Assembly: GCA_028023455.1 (NCBI GenBank)
Contig: JAQFVV010000008.1
Location: forward strand, 6,696,001-6,760,000
Source of the DNA: Epiperipatus broadwayi
Taxonomy: Eukaryota > Animalia > Onychophora
Length of the DNA: 64,000 bases
Direction: 5' to 3'
Part shown: in pieces, positions 51,754-64,000 of the stretch
Layout: each line of letters opens with the position of its first letter
Numbering within the stretch: the first letter of the stretch is position 1
Made by a program: the position numbers and the translations under genes
The notes under the pieces: generated by a model
What the model was told of the DNA's origin: nothing
The model's input: only the letters and a program-made list of their open reading frames with translations
Database searches by the model: none

Positions 51754-51999
51754 TGCTGCAGAAAGGAGTTTGCTGCAACTGAAACAAGACTTTTCGATTC
51801 CTTTTTGAGGCTTTAAAGGAACTAAGCAGGACAAATTCCTAATGTCCATTCCATATGTTCTTGTTGTTGCAGCTGTCATTACTATATGATTATTCTTATA
51901 TAATTGTTACTATGGTATCTGAACCAACATAATATCTAGAAGACTACCTTTTCTGTATTTTCCTTTTACCAAATTATTCATATAATATACAAACATGGA
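51754..51999 (+). ncRNA. HDV-like ribozyme fold, second copy, with an ~85-bp insertion in P4
   Basis: P1 tgctgca/tgcagct, P2 tccat/atgga, P3 atg/tgt, L3 ttcttgt, J4/2 Caaac. The insertion is flanked by a repeated ttattc..atataat. Confidence 0.6.
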
Positions 52000-54874
52000 T
52001 AGGCTGCTCACAACATGCAGATGAATTTATTGGCTTTTTACCTCTGAGTTTAAGATCTTCTCAGATCCTGAGAGTTCTTAACTGAAATATTTGTTGAGGT
52101 TTTTGATGGCAGAATGAACTTATTTAAAAATAGATATTTATAATCATGACAAACAAAACTAAGTTATGACTGTTATTCCCAGGAGGCGGTAAAGTTCCTA
52201 ATAGTTCTTAACTGAAAGCAGAATGAACCTTTTTTTTAAAATAGATATTTATAATCATGACAAAATTAAATTATGACTGCTATTCTTGGGAGGCTGTAAA
52301 TTTGATAGCTAAGACAGCAGTTTATGGCCATAGGTGCCAAGAATTGAACTTGCGCTGTCAGTCACTGATGACTTTTTATTTAGTTATCTACAACTGCAAA
52401 TCACTTTCAAGTGAGGAAGTTGACACAGATTAGAAAAAGAACTAATTTTAAATGGAACATTGTTGAACTTTGCGAAGTTAGAAGAAAATTTAAAGAGATA
52501 ATTGATTTTAAAAGTGGTCACATACTTTACAACAATAGCACAAATATTGGAAGCACAAATAGGGTAGTATTTATTATATAAAAAAAAATAGAATAACACT
52601 GAGGAGATTGATGATGTATTAGACAGTGTCAAAATTAGTTATTTAACTCTGTTGAAAATACCAACTGGAGATTCAGAATTATGTCATACCAAGTTACTGT
52701 GATGAAGAAATACAGGATTTTTATATGAATGTTTTGATTAGACCAAACAATATTTTGAAATTGTCATGCAAAACTTTAATGCTAGGATTGGTAAATGATT
52801 GAAAAATGCAAGGATCATAGATAAATTTAGTTATGGGAATAGAAATGAGAAAAGATACACTGTTTGAAGCATGTGAAAAAGAAAAACTGTTAGTGCTAAT
52901 TATTTCTTTGAGAAAAATGCTAAATGAACACGAAAGCATCCAAATGAAAAATACAACAGAATTGGATTCTATTTTGACTAATGAAAAAAATATGAATTTC
53001 AAGATTGTAATGTTCTTAATAGATTCAAGACAAAAAATGATCATAGATAATGCTATCATGTTAATGCAAAAAAATTAGAGACAAAAATTTAGAAAAATAA
53101 TATTCACTATTAATATTTATAACCTTCAAAAACATTTCAATGAATTTGCAAATTATTTTAAAATAATAATATATTTTGAAGATGGTTTAGATTTGAATGA
53201 AATCAATAAAATGATAACTAATAATACTTTGTTAAGGACTGCAACAAAGATAGCTGATATTTAAAAAAGCAGCAATTTATCAGTAAATTTTCTACTTGGA
53301 GAAAATAATTTATGATGAAAAAATATAAAAATGATACTTTGTAAATGAAATGATAATGTTAATAATCGTATAAGAAAATGTAATTGTGAATTAAGAAGGA
53401 AAACTGTAGAAGAGAATAAAAATTTCAAAAATGTAAAACTATCAGCATTGATAGGAAACTTATTTTTGCAATAATAATAAAAAATGGATTTATTACTAAA
53501 AAGAGATGATATCAAAAATATGTGGAAGACTTCCATAAAGAAGTATATAGTAATAAAGTTCAAGAAAACAAAATCACTACATGTTCTGAATTGCCCAGCA
53601 TTTTAAATGAAAAAAAGAGATATGCAATTGAATCTATGAAGAAGAGGAACATTCTAAGAAATGATGGAATTACATTTGATATCTTAAAAGAAACAGGTGA
53701 AGAATTATAAAAATTGTCAAAATTATATCCCAAATGTCTATATGATAAAGATATATCAATGATTGTAAAGATGTAGTAGTTGTTTTGATATTTAAGACAA
53801 GTGGTGAAGAAGATATTAGAAATTACAGACCTAACAGTTCTATACAAAAATAAAAGATCAAGTTGGATTTAAAAGTGATTTTAGCATAGTGTATCATATC
53901 CATGTAAAGTGAGAAGTTATAGTAAGGACCAATGAAAATAAGTTATTATACTTTGTATTTGTAGATTATGAAAAGGCATTTGTCTCTATAATGATTAAAG
54001 CATTGATTTATTCAAGATGGAGATGGGTTATTGTTATATTCTGAAGAATATTAATTAAAATACAGCAGCAATAATGATAATACTAAGAAGATTAACATTG
54101 ACATGGTTGTATGATAGAGTGATTCAATAGCTTTAAATTTTTTTTACAGATTAAAACAAATGATTATTTAAATCATCTAAATTCTGCAGATGTTATTGCT
54201 TCTGAAAATAATATTTCAGAGCTAGGAAATATTGCAAGAGTTATCAGATGAAAATAGGATTAAAGATAAATTTAAAAAAAAAAAAAACAAGTAATAATAT
54301 TCCATGGAATTTTTCAGAAGAAAATAAAATTTGGTAATGAGAAGAAATTACAGCTACAAATGCCTTGGTCAGATTATTAATACAGATGTAAATGTAATGG
54401 ATGAAATTTGTCATAGAATTCAACTTGGATGGGGTGCTTTTGGGTAGAAATAACAATATTAAAAGAAAATATCCCTATGTGTTTCAAATTAATAAATGTT
54501 TTTTCTCAGTTCTTACTTTTGGATCTGATTTGGAAATTTAACAGAACAATACAGAGACTTCAGACAAGAAAGCATTAAAAATAAAGTACATGAACGAGAG
54601 ATCAAACAAGTATCATTCACATCAATGAAAAAGTTGAGACTAAAATAAGCTGATCTGACCATATTGCTAGAAGAGATGATCAAAGATGGGTAGTTGAAAT
54701 CTTAAACTGGATCCCAAAACTTTATAAAAGACCTCATGTGAGTTGGATAGATGATATCATGAAATTTGCTTTTGTGATGTGTAAAAGAGAGGCTAGAGAT
54801 AAGAGAAACTGAATTAAATTTGGCGAATCTTCTTTCATCCTGCAGTGGATCGATAATGGTCGAAAATGATGATG
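51754..54874 (+). mobile_element. Full-length but heavily decayed RTE LINE with (GAT)n tail and candidate 8-bp TSD
   Basis: Colinear with 4908-7686 and continues to the 3' end (cctgcagtggatcgataatggtcga...gatgatgat). TSD atgaatat at 51746-51753 and 54875-54882. Local duplication of ~130 bp at about 52074-52300. Confidence 0.9.
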
Positions 54875-55380
54875 ATGAATATGAATTATTTGTGTGGTTG
54901 TATATATGTCTCTCCTGTGTGTGTACAATTAAAAATAAATATACAAGTATTTTTATTTATACTTGAAGACATTTAATTCTTGTCAAAATGTAACATTATT
55001 TTGTTTGCTATTTTTAGCATGTTAAATGTGCATTTTTTGTTATTTGTTTTACATAACTACAGTAGTAAGTTATAATCACTTAATCTTATTTCAAGGTCTC
55101 TCTTATCAAATTGAAAATATTAATAAACAAAATAAATCTTTTATAACATTATAGATCTTTATATATATATTATGGTAAAAATAATTTTAATTAAATTCAT
55201 TGAAAATTAAAAATAATGTACGTTTGCGATTTCATCAATGATTAATTGCCCTTTATGCCAAACAAAAATATTTAATAATGTAAAGTTTTTTAAAAGTTTT
55301 TTTTTAAAAAAAAGAAATCTTTTTACTATAAGATTAACACTGTACAGGTTTACACCCACCTGCATATATATATAATGTAA

Positions 55381-55518
55381 TATAAAGGATTCGAACTCAG
55401 ACTTTCACACAACCCGATTATTTATCTTTTCAACATGTGTATGATCAGGTGGATCAGCAATATGAGATGGCATGGAGAGTTGAGGGTTGTGTGAAAGTCT
55501 GAGTTCGAATCCCTTATA
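55381..55518. mobile_element. Family B 3' segment with a 35-bp inverted copy of its own end
   Basis: 55381-55415 and 55484-55518 match at 34/35 as reverse complements. The forward part starts gattatttatctttt, 5 nt past the predicted hammerhead cleavage site. It contains gagttcgaatccc (B-box). Confidence 0.85.
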
Positions 55519-56850
55519 AGACAAGATTGAAATTCATAATTTAAAAATTAGAAAGCTTTAAACTCAAATTAATAAAAATCAGTGTCACAATTACAGCACA
55601 CAAACATATTTCTAGCATAGATTCTGTATTTTTATCCATTTACAAATCATTATTCAAAGAGATTAGAATTTAGTGAGGCATATGAAATATAGTTTGCTTA
55701 CCCAATGACATCTTAGAAAAAACTTTGATTGATACACTCAAAACATAAATGTTTATTTGATCGATTCCTAGCTGAGAAAAAAAATTTTACTTTGGAGAGT
55801 GTATTGCTTTGTGCTCAGATATCATATGTTCTTCCGAGCAGTAAACTATATAAGTACTATTAGTGTTATGAAGAATCCTAAAAATCAGTTGGTTGGGGGA
55901 AAAGGTCGTTATATGTTAGTTAATAGAGGGAAATGTAAGGATGTACAGAATTATGATTTGCAATTTGAAAATCATCACTAATTTTATACTCGGTTGTTCT
56001 AAGTCTTACTTGTGCTATTATTGGCATGCTTATAAAAATATTGTAAATTTTGTATGGTCTGAATTAATATAGCATTTTATATTTATTTCATTATTGATAT
56101 ACATCTACATAGTTATAAATTGATATGCTTTTTTTTTTTTAAAAAAAAATGGCAAATCCTTATGTAGATAACTTCTTATCCACATCCTTTTCTAATTTAT
56201 TCAAAAATATATTTAGTTTTATGGCCAACTAATGGCTTGATGGTTGATAACATAACTTAAAAATTTAGTGCTAAAAGATTGTCTAACTTTTCATTCTAAG
56301 ATGCTATATTGCTTTTTCATAACTATTAATTATTCATTAATGTCCGATTTACAAAATTCATGTCATTGTATTCATTCTAGGCCCCATAAATGTATCAACT
56401 TTTTTAATTTGTTTTCTTTGTATAATTCTTAGATAATTCAATGACCCTCCACAATATATTAAAAGTGGATAGAAACCATTCCCTACCTTGTTGGAGAATG
56501 GTGTAGTGAAAGTTTTCAAAATTGTCAACATGGGTAAAGAATTCAGTGTAGACTTGAAGTGTATGTTTGGGCCATGGATAATGTCTAGACTAATAAATGA
56601 TGAGTAAAAGTTATTAATATATTTTCATAAAGTGGTATGTACCAAAGTTGCAAAACAAAATTTGAAACCTGTCAATCTAATAATTTGTTATTTACATATA
56701 CTGAATAAATGATGAAGATATGTATAAGAGATTATGATATGGGTCAACTGATTAGTGCTGATTCAATACAAAAAGTCGTCTTGAGATTCATTTAATTTTT
56801 TCAGTTGTCTTTGATCATATGTGTGATGGAATAGAAGTTGAAATATATTT

Positions 56851-57032
56851 ACCTACATATTATATATAGAGCTCACAAAATAAGCTCTTAACAAGCTTTG
56901 AGAATATCCTCAACCTCAAATCATTTTCTGCTACTGTCATCGTCAGTGAGGTGCCAGGATATTCAAGCATTAGATTAAAAATACCAGGACAAAGAGCTTA
57001 TTTTGCAAGTTCTATATATAACATTTGTAGGT
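56851..57032. mobile_element. ~180-bp element: ~40-bp inverted repeats enclosing a hammerhead-like fold (family C)
   Basis: acctacatattatatatagagctcacaaaataagctctt (56851-56889) versus the reverse complement of 56992-57032. Confidence 0.75.
56902..56964 (-). ncRNA. Type-I hammerhead-like fold (family C), degenerate stem III
   Basis: Minus strand reads gaatatcct-[ggc]-acctca-CTGACGA-tg acagtag ca-GAAA-atgatt-tgaggt-[tg]-aggatattc. Stem I has 15 perfect pairs. The core-to-cleavage spacing equals family A. Confidence 0.65.
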
Positions 57033-58865
57033 CATGTGACATCTGACATTTTTTTTTTTGTAATTACATACATATTGTATGAAGCTAAGCTTAAGTATCT
57101 CTAAGAATAATGTATACATGAAGTTAAATGGATTACTTGAAAAAGTGTATTTTTCTAATGTATCTAGTGTGAGAGATTGGTCTGACTTCTGGACTGATGA
57201 ATGGCTGTAATAGGATTGAGCTAAAGATGAAAGATGTACTGATAAAAAACAAAAAATGCTCTTTGTAATTATATAAGTGTGTGTATTTACATATATCAAC
57301 TGATAACAAAAACTTTTTTTTACTGAAAAAGAACAAGTAAATCCTCACAATACAAGAGTATTTCCAGGTTAAGTATCATTTCATCAATTGTGCTAAAGTA
57401 ATAAAAACATTCCATGCACAAATATTCCAGAAATTTACATTTCAATTTGAGAGTGAAGATGGGTGAAGAACAATTATAAATCTCATTTTAGTAAACTCAC
57501 ATTAGAATATTCATTATAAATTGTTGATATACATATAAATTGTTCTGTATTATATATATCCATAACTTCAAATGATTATCTATAAAATAGACTTGATGTT
57601 TTATACAAACATAATACCTATCTTCAACTACATGCAGACATTAAGTAATCATCTGCATTTTTATGTGAATGAAAGAATTGCTTGAGTCCTCTTAAAATAG
57701 GTTTCAGATCACTTGAGCTTTATTTTAGTAACAAATATTAAACAAAATGCTACACCAATTGCCTTAGACTTTTATGCTAACAAAATATTAATTATAATTG
57801 TATTACCATACAATTATTTACTTTGATAAATTAATTTTCAAGATGACTGTGTGGATTTTGTTAGTGTATATGTCCTTTTTTTTGTTTTGCTTAAGTTCAT
57901 TATATATTCAAATGATAAGTTTGATTATTAAAGTATGTAGTTTTTTGCAGTACTTTAAATTGATTGATGTATTTTCTTCTGAACCTAATTTTATGCATTC
58001 TATAATAATAAAATACTATTTCTGTTGCTTGATTTTATTTTCTTATATTCAGAAACTTGAAGGAATCATGTGATGTTTGAGCTCTAGAGTGATAAGTTGA
58101 GCACAGCAGTATCAGCTCATTAGATAGCTTTTTTTTTTTTTTCCAGATTATCCAAGTTTCAAATTTTTGACCCTGCCCGATTAGGGTCGCAATTTTTTGT
58201 TAATTTATTTTTTTGTGCTGAATAATAGTCAGCTGGATTTGTTACTTTGCTCTTGTAAGACAGTGATTAAATATAGTTGTTATGTCTCATTGATTTGTAT
58301 GTTTGGGCATTACTTTTTTTTTTGGCTTTGATAATGCTTGAAGCAATTAGCAATATACTTATTGATTACACCATTTAATTAATCTTTCATTGTCATTGGC
58401 TGTTGTAATTATAATTAAATTTATGTATATTATAATATTTTAATTACAAACTCATTTTCACTTTCTCAAAAGATTTGCAACCTTATATTTAAAATTCTCA
58501 CAAGCACTAGGATATATCTTATATATATGATAAAATGCATTGATTTTTGTGCCTGCATGTTTTGGCGCAGTTGATAGAGTATCCGACTATTGATTTGTAC
58601 TAAATAGTTTTATTAATTACGTTAAGTTTTTGTCAAGTTAAATCATTTAAGCTCTATCGCCATTAGGACATTATTCACAGGGAATAAGACATTCTGTAAA
58701 CAATTGAGCTGATACTTCAGACTTTGTCACTTTTTATTTTATCCAAGGTTTGAAAATACAAAAATGCGATTGTTTATGGAGGGTGGGGGTGAATTTGAAG
58801 TCTTTATTAGTACACAGTGTAAAACTGCAATCTAACCAATATTTTTTTTTAAAAAAACATTTTCA

Positions 58866-58973
58866 GTCAAGCGTTGTTAACCGAGAGGTCATCGCACCTG
58901 CCTTGCAAGCAAGTAGTTGGTTGCAGACGGGTGTGGGTTCGCGTCCCGGCCATGCTATGACACATGAGGGAAA
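58866..58973 (+). mobile_element. Young tRNA(Ala-TGC-like)-derived SINE or retro-pseudogene with A-tail and 15-bp TSD
   Basis: Acceptor-like agcgttg/ccatgct, anticodon loop cttgcaa and T-arm gggttcgcgtccc; CpGs are retained. TSD aaaaaaacattttca at 58851-58865 and 58974-58988, at a TTTT/AAAA junction. Confidence 0.8.
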
Positions 58974-61900
58974 AAAAAAACATTTTCACTCTTATTTCAG
59001 TTAATTCATCAGTGTATTAACTATAATTACAAATATATATATATGCAAGTGAAGGATGTGCTATCAAAATACGTTTTTAATACATTTAAGTTTTTTAAAA
59101 GATGGAAGATACATATATTTACTATATAACCTGTAAATATATTTAAAATTTTATCTGTATAATATTTTTAATAAATATAAATAATAATTCAGTGGTTAAA
59201 AGGCAATTATCTTTTTTCATTTTATTTTATTGTCTATTTTTGAATCTGCTTTTAAATAATCTTATAAATATTAAAGAATAGTGAAAAACATTTAAAATTT
59301 TAAAGTAATTAATTTTTTCACACACACCCATTTCTATTTTCATTTTTATAGAAAAGCATGAAAAATAAATCGTAAATCCTAGAGTGTAATAGTTCGATAT
59401 GAACTCCTAACTAAAAACGAAAAGGAGTACATGAACTCTTATCAATCAAATTATTTATTGACTGTATCATATTGTTTTTAAATCAAAAGTAGGTATATGT
59501 TAATGTTCAAAGCTAAAATAAAATATTAATATAGTGAAGTCTGTTTAAAATAATTAATTCCAGAATACTATTCATTTTATCATTGGTCTGTAGCTTAGAT
59601 TAAAATACATGAATTTATAAGTAATCCTTTCCAAAACTATTGAATTTGTTGAAGAAGTCATATTTACTTGTTTATGCATTTAGTGGAAAATACAATTTCA
59701 TATTAACTTTATAGTATATTATAATAAATATTAAATATGTTATAAAACTATTATAGCATAAATGATGATAAAGCTGAAACTTTGTAATAACTATATCATA
59801 AAATAGAAATAAAAAATTTTAAACATTTTTAAAGTTATTAATTTTAAATTTATTCATAAATTGTAAATCTTGATATGTTAATTTTAAAATAAGAGCCTTT
59901 TAAATTATGTAAAATTATTCTATATAAACTTTTAATAAAATGGCATAATATTTGCTGATTTTTATTAATAATAGGTGTTTTTTAATAAAATGTAATGTTT
60001 TTCAAGCTCCAGCAGGATCTAAGTTCTAGAGAGGATACCTGTGTTGAAGTCTTTCTTAACAGAATAAATATTAGATTATATGTTAATTTGTCTTCAAGTA
60101 TTTATTTAATAATCACATTGAGAAAGTTGGAAAACAAAAATACATTATCTGAATTTGATCAATTTATATATGTGTGCACCTAGTAATACATTGCAAGTAA
60201 AACATATACTTTGTAAATATTGTATGATAAACTTAATTTTTTTTATAATTAAATCTACTTTTATATCAAAATAATTCATTTCAATATATATAAACATTTT
60301 ATTATTAATATTGTAAACAAATTCATGTAATGTGTGCTATTTTTTTTCTACAATTTTGCAAAGATAACTCAATTAAATTTTATTTTCCAGAAATTGATGA
60401 ACCATGGCAGGAAGTGGAATCATTAAACAGGAAAAATAAAAAAAATAAATTTGAAAATTGCTGTACATACTTTTCATTTTATAAAATCATAAAATTAAAA
60501 ATAAACTTACATAGCTAATAAAAATTTGCAGATCATTAATTTCTGTTATATGAGAGTATGATCTGAAGTAGATCCATCTATATTAGAAACCTTACTATAC
60601 TTCATAATGTTATACAATCCCGTTCTATTCTAGAATCAGATGAATCTTACTTTGCGGGGTAAGAAACATCTTTACAAGAATAATACTTGTACTTAGGAAA
60701 CAGCAAAAAAAAAAAAATTAAACAATTGTTTAACTTTTTCACAAATGATTACCTCATTGTTGCTATTGTCTGCTATTTTTTTTTTATTAATCCACTTTAG
60801 CAAGACATGTTCATTAGTCCCATAATGGTACAGTGTAAACTGCTTAAACTATCCTTTCCGCTACCCATACATTTTTTAATGTCAATTTGTAAAGTGCTAT
60901 ACATCATTGATTTAATCATACCATATTCAGAAATTAAATTGCTGATCATTTTTCTGTTTTAGAAATGATTTCTTTTTTTTCATTTCGATACAAATCAATT
61001 TTTGGGCAGTATTTTTCTGACTCGTGATTAAAGTTAATATTTGTATGTGTATTAAAATAAAATACAAAAAAACTAGTAAAATTAAATAAATTGCAGAAAA
61101 AAATTCAATGCAAATAAGCTCACAAACAATAATGATATTTGATGCTTTCCTCAAAGTTTAAACACTGAAAAGTCTTATGAATTGGGTTGGTATTTTATTC
61201 AATGGTATTAATTTATTGATTCCATACTTAGAACTAATTTTTTACAATTCAGAATCTGAATTTTTTTTTAATATTAATATTACTTTGCTTTTATGGTAAA
61301 TAACTAAAATTACTTTTAAAGTAAAATATTTATAACATTTTTAGCATTAAAGATAAAAAGAACTAAATGAATCAAGAATTTTCATTTTGAATTTTTTTCA
61401 TATTAACATTAATCAACTTTCAAATTGTTTAACAGCTAAAATTATTTCAGTCTAAATATTAGTTTTTTTATTTTTTTCACATCAAACTTAATCCATTTTC
61501 AAATTCTGCTTTTATGGCTCATAGGAAAAATTATTACACAATACATATTTAGAAGAATACTTTTAGTCAAAAATGTATGCAGTATAACATTTTTATTATT
61601 AGAGACAAAAGGAGGTAAGCAGACTAAAGTGATTGTTTTACATGGTAAAGATATCTGTTGTCTAGATGTTCATTATATGTCTTTGCATTTTTTGTATAAA
61701 TCTTAATTTAGTGAGAGAAAATGTTCATTACACTAGATATTTACTTTACAAGGCTTCATTGTAGCTGGCCTAACCTAAAATAATATTAACTGTTCAATAA
61801 TATATTGAATTAAACTTAAATCTCCAACTTATGTTTATTGAATATAATCATTATTGTTTTTATATCTTTGAGTTTAAATTGATTTCATTTTTTATTGTGA

Positions 61901-62728
61901 ATTAATATATTTAATTTTATGGGTATTTCAAAAGCATTTTAATAACTTTGTCTAATTAATACATTATTTCACACTAGATAATCAAAGTATAAAATTGAAC
62001 ATTTCTTATTAAATTTAAAGATATCAAAACATTTCATAGAATTTTCTGTATTCAGTGAGCATTTTTTAAATAAAAAGACTAATCTCTTTGGGCTTCTGAT
62101 AAATTTAGTGCATAATAGCATTAGAATTTCTTCAGAATAGTAATTTATTGCTTAGTTCTAGTTGAATGCTTATTTGGATTTATACACAAAGAGAGAAACA
62201 AAAAATATTTTTTTTGTTTATAAGATATAATTTTATTCAAAAAAAAAACCCTTAATATTTTTGAAATATTTTAAGATTATAAATCTTCTTAGTTTGTAAC
62301 ATGAATTTAGTTAGCATACATAATCTTGTAATTATTTTAATTTAATGAAAGAAGTAAATGTTGGCTAATGACGAGAAATTGTTTTTTATTATGTCAATAT
62401 ATTAAAATATGATTTTTTTTTAACTTGTGTTAATAATGATCTCAAAATAATGGTTTATTTGTAGACGATGGGTATGTATGTATAAACATGAAATTAGCAT
62501 AGCTTAATGTGACTATGAATAAGTAACACTATGTATTAACAAAGGGCCAAGAATAGAATGAATCCATCTATTTTTTTAAGCTTTTAATATGTGTAGGCTT
62601 AACCTTGACCTTTTGTTAATACAGCGGATATCATTTATTCATAATCTGAAGAAGATAAATTTATTCCTCTTAATTATATATATATATGCTTTATTTTCAC
62701 TGAAAATATTTTTTGTTCTTGTTTTTAG

Positions 62729-62993
62729 ACACAAAACTTTATTCCTTCCATTAGTGCCATTACCGGCATTATTCCACAAAGATATATTTGGCGGATTTGT
62801 ATAGCTCTTCATTCCACTCCTCGGCTTTTTGTAGCCATGATTTATTATAATTATTTTCAAATTAACGTAGAAAATATAGAAGAAAATCTTCGGCCATTTT
62901 ATTTACGGTTAGTAAAGTGGAATTTCTGGTTAAATATTATTGAAATCATGTCCCTCATAGGGGTTACTTACATCTCCAATGTGGAGAACTATC
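62729..62993 (+). CDS. PGAP2: Internal coding exon of a PGAP2-like (Frag1/DRAM/Sfk1 family) post-GPI attachment protein gene; phase 0 acceptor, phase 1 donor
   Basis: Flanked by ttttgttcttgtttttAG and GTaagt. Open frame TQNFIPSISAITGIIPQRYIWRICIALHSTPRLFVAMIYYNYF...LNIIEIMSLIGVTYISNVENY. This matches the family motif PSIS.....PQRY.WR..I.LH..PR and is closest, from memory, to the insect PGAP2-like (CG7990-type) paralogue. Confidence 0.92.
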
Positions 62994-64000
62994 GTAAGTA
63001 TTTTTTTTTTACATTTGTTGAATAATTAATTTTAAATAATGTTACAAATAATAAATATATAAAAACAGTTTTAATATTTTCTACCAATTAAATCAATTCA
63101 GCAGATAAATATTTTATGCAATTATTATTCATTTGAAATTACTTTAATCTTTCTCTGCTACATTTTTTAGAAATAATATAATTTTATTAGTATATTTAGA
63201 TTTAGATTTTTAAATTTATTTATCAGAAACATAATTATTTGAGAATATAAATAATATGACTTGGCTAATTATTTTGTATGTTTTTCTGATAGTGTATATT
63301 GTAACAATAACTATGTGCAGAGCAGCCAACTGTGCTGCAGATAAGCAAAAATGAAAAGCAAATGATAGCTTTAGAATAATCTGTTAAATAAATAATCAGC
63401 AATTATATAGCAATAAAATTGAATAGTAGTATTTGAATTTGATTGCAAACTTCACACATCTAGGAGCATGTTCTCAGAGCTATGGTGGGGAATACTTTCT
63501 GTGACTTGTGTGTGTGGCGCTATTGCTATATAATTATTAGCATGTGTTATATAAACAAAATGTATTATGACAGTGTGCTAACTAAATATAATTAATAGAA
63601 AAGTATTATAAACTATACTTGCTTTTGTACATGCACAAAAATAATCAGACAAATTAATAAATAAAATAATTTATTAATAAAAAAAATTAATAATGTATTA
63701 TTTCTTCTTTCATTGAAATAGTTTCTTTCATGTTATCCCATAACATAGTTCACTTCATGAATAATTCAAATTTAAAGATTTTATTCTTCTCATTCATTCA
63801 TGAACAAAATATAATGTCTTATTCGACATTCTCAAATTTCACTTTTCATTCTATATTCTTTTATAGTTGAATATGTCTTTTTATTTATTCATCTTGAATA
63901 TTCAAAAACAATGTAAAATATTAAAGCTTCTCACTTTTAAATTTTTATCTTTTTGTCTTAAAAGTCTTTCTTTTTTCTTTGAATATCTTTGCTTTTTTAA

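Noticed and set aside
60560-60664. Candidate upstream exon ending at a GTAAGA donor
   Set aside because: The open frames end in phase 1 or 2, not the phase 0 needed for the PGAP2-like exon, and there is no family similarity.
1-64000. CRISPR arrays, rRNA genes, prokaryotic operons and the remaining 60-110 aa ORFs
   Set aside because: There are no regularly spaced repeat-spacer arrays or rRNA signatures. The short ORFs are F/I/L/K-rich products expected from AT-rich non-coding DNA.

Overview
This is very AT-rich eukaryotic DNA, probably from an arthropod-like invertebrate. Older repeats show strong CpG decay. The only host coding sequence I can support is one internal exon of a PGAP2/Frag1-family gene (62729-62993, +), so most of the window is probably intron or upstream intergenic DNA. 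The rest is a mosaic of mobile-element remnants: two RTE LINEs that retain their 5' ends (one full-length, one 3'-truncated), RTE/LINE fragments, Penelope-like GIY-YIG remnants, a Buster-type hAT transposase pseudogene and tRNA-derived SINEs. Four things stand out. (1) Three distinct families of short non-coding elements carry minimal type-I hammerhead ribozyme folds. Many are inserted as fold-back (inverted + forward) composites with 12-14 bp target-site duplications, and one family also has a tRNA-like A/B-box promoter and a 471-nt partial tandem (retrozyme/SMalpha-like). (2) An HDV/CPEB3-like ribozyme fold starts exactly at the 5' boundary of each RTE. (3) A palindrome with arms of at least 2.8 kb and only a 13-nt loop is centred at about 2965. 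(4) A CpG-retaining block of about 7.4 kb contains a spaced array of four CTCF-like motifs. All structure calls were made by eye and none of the ribozymes is shown to be active.
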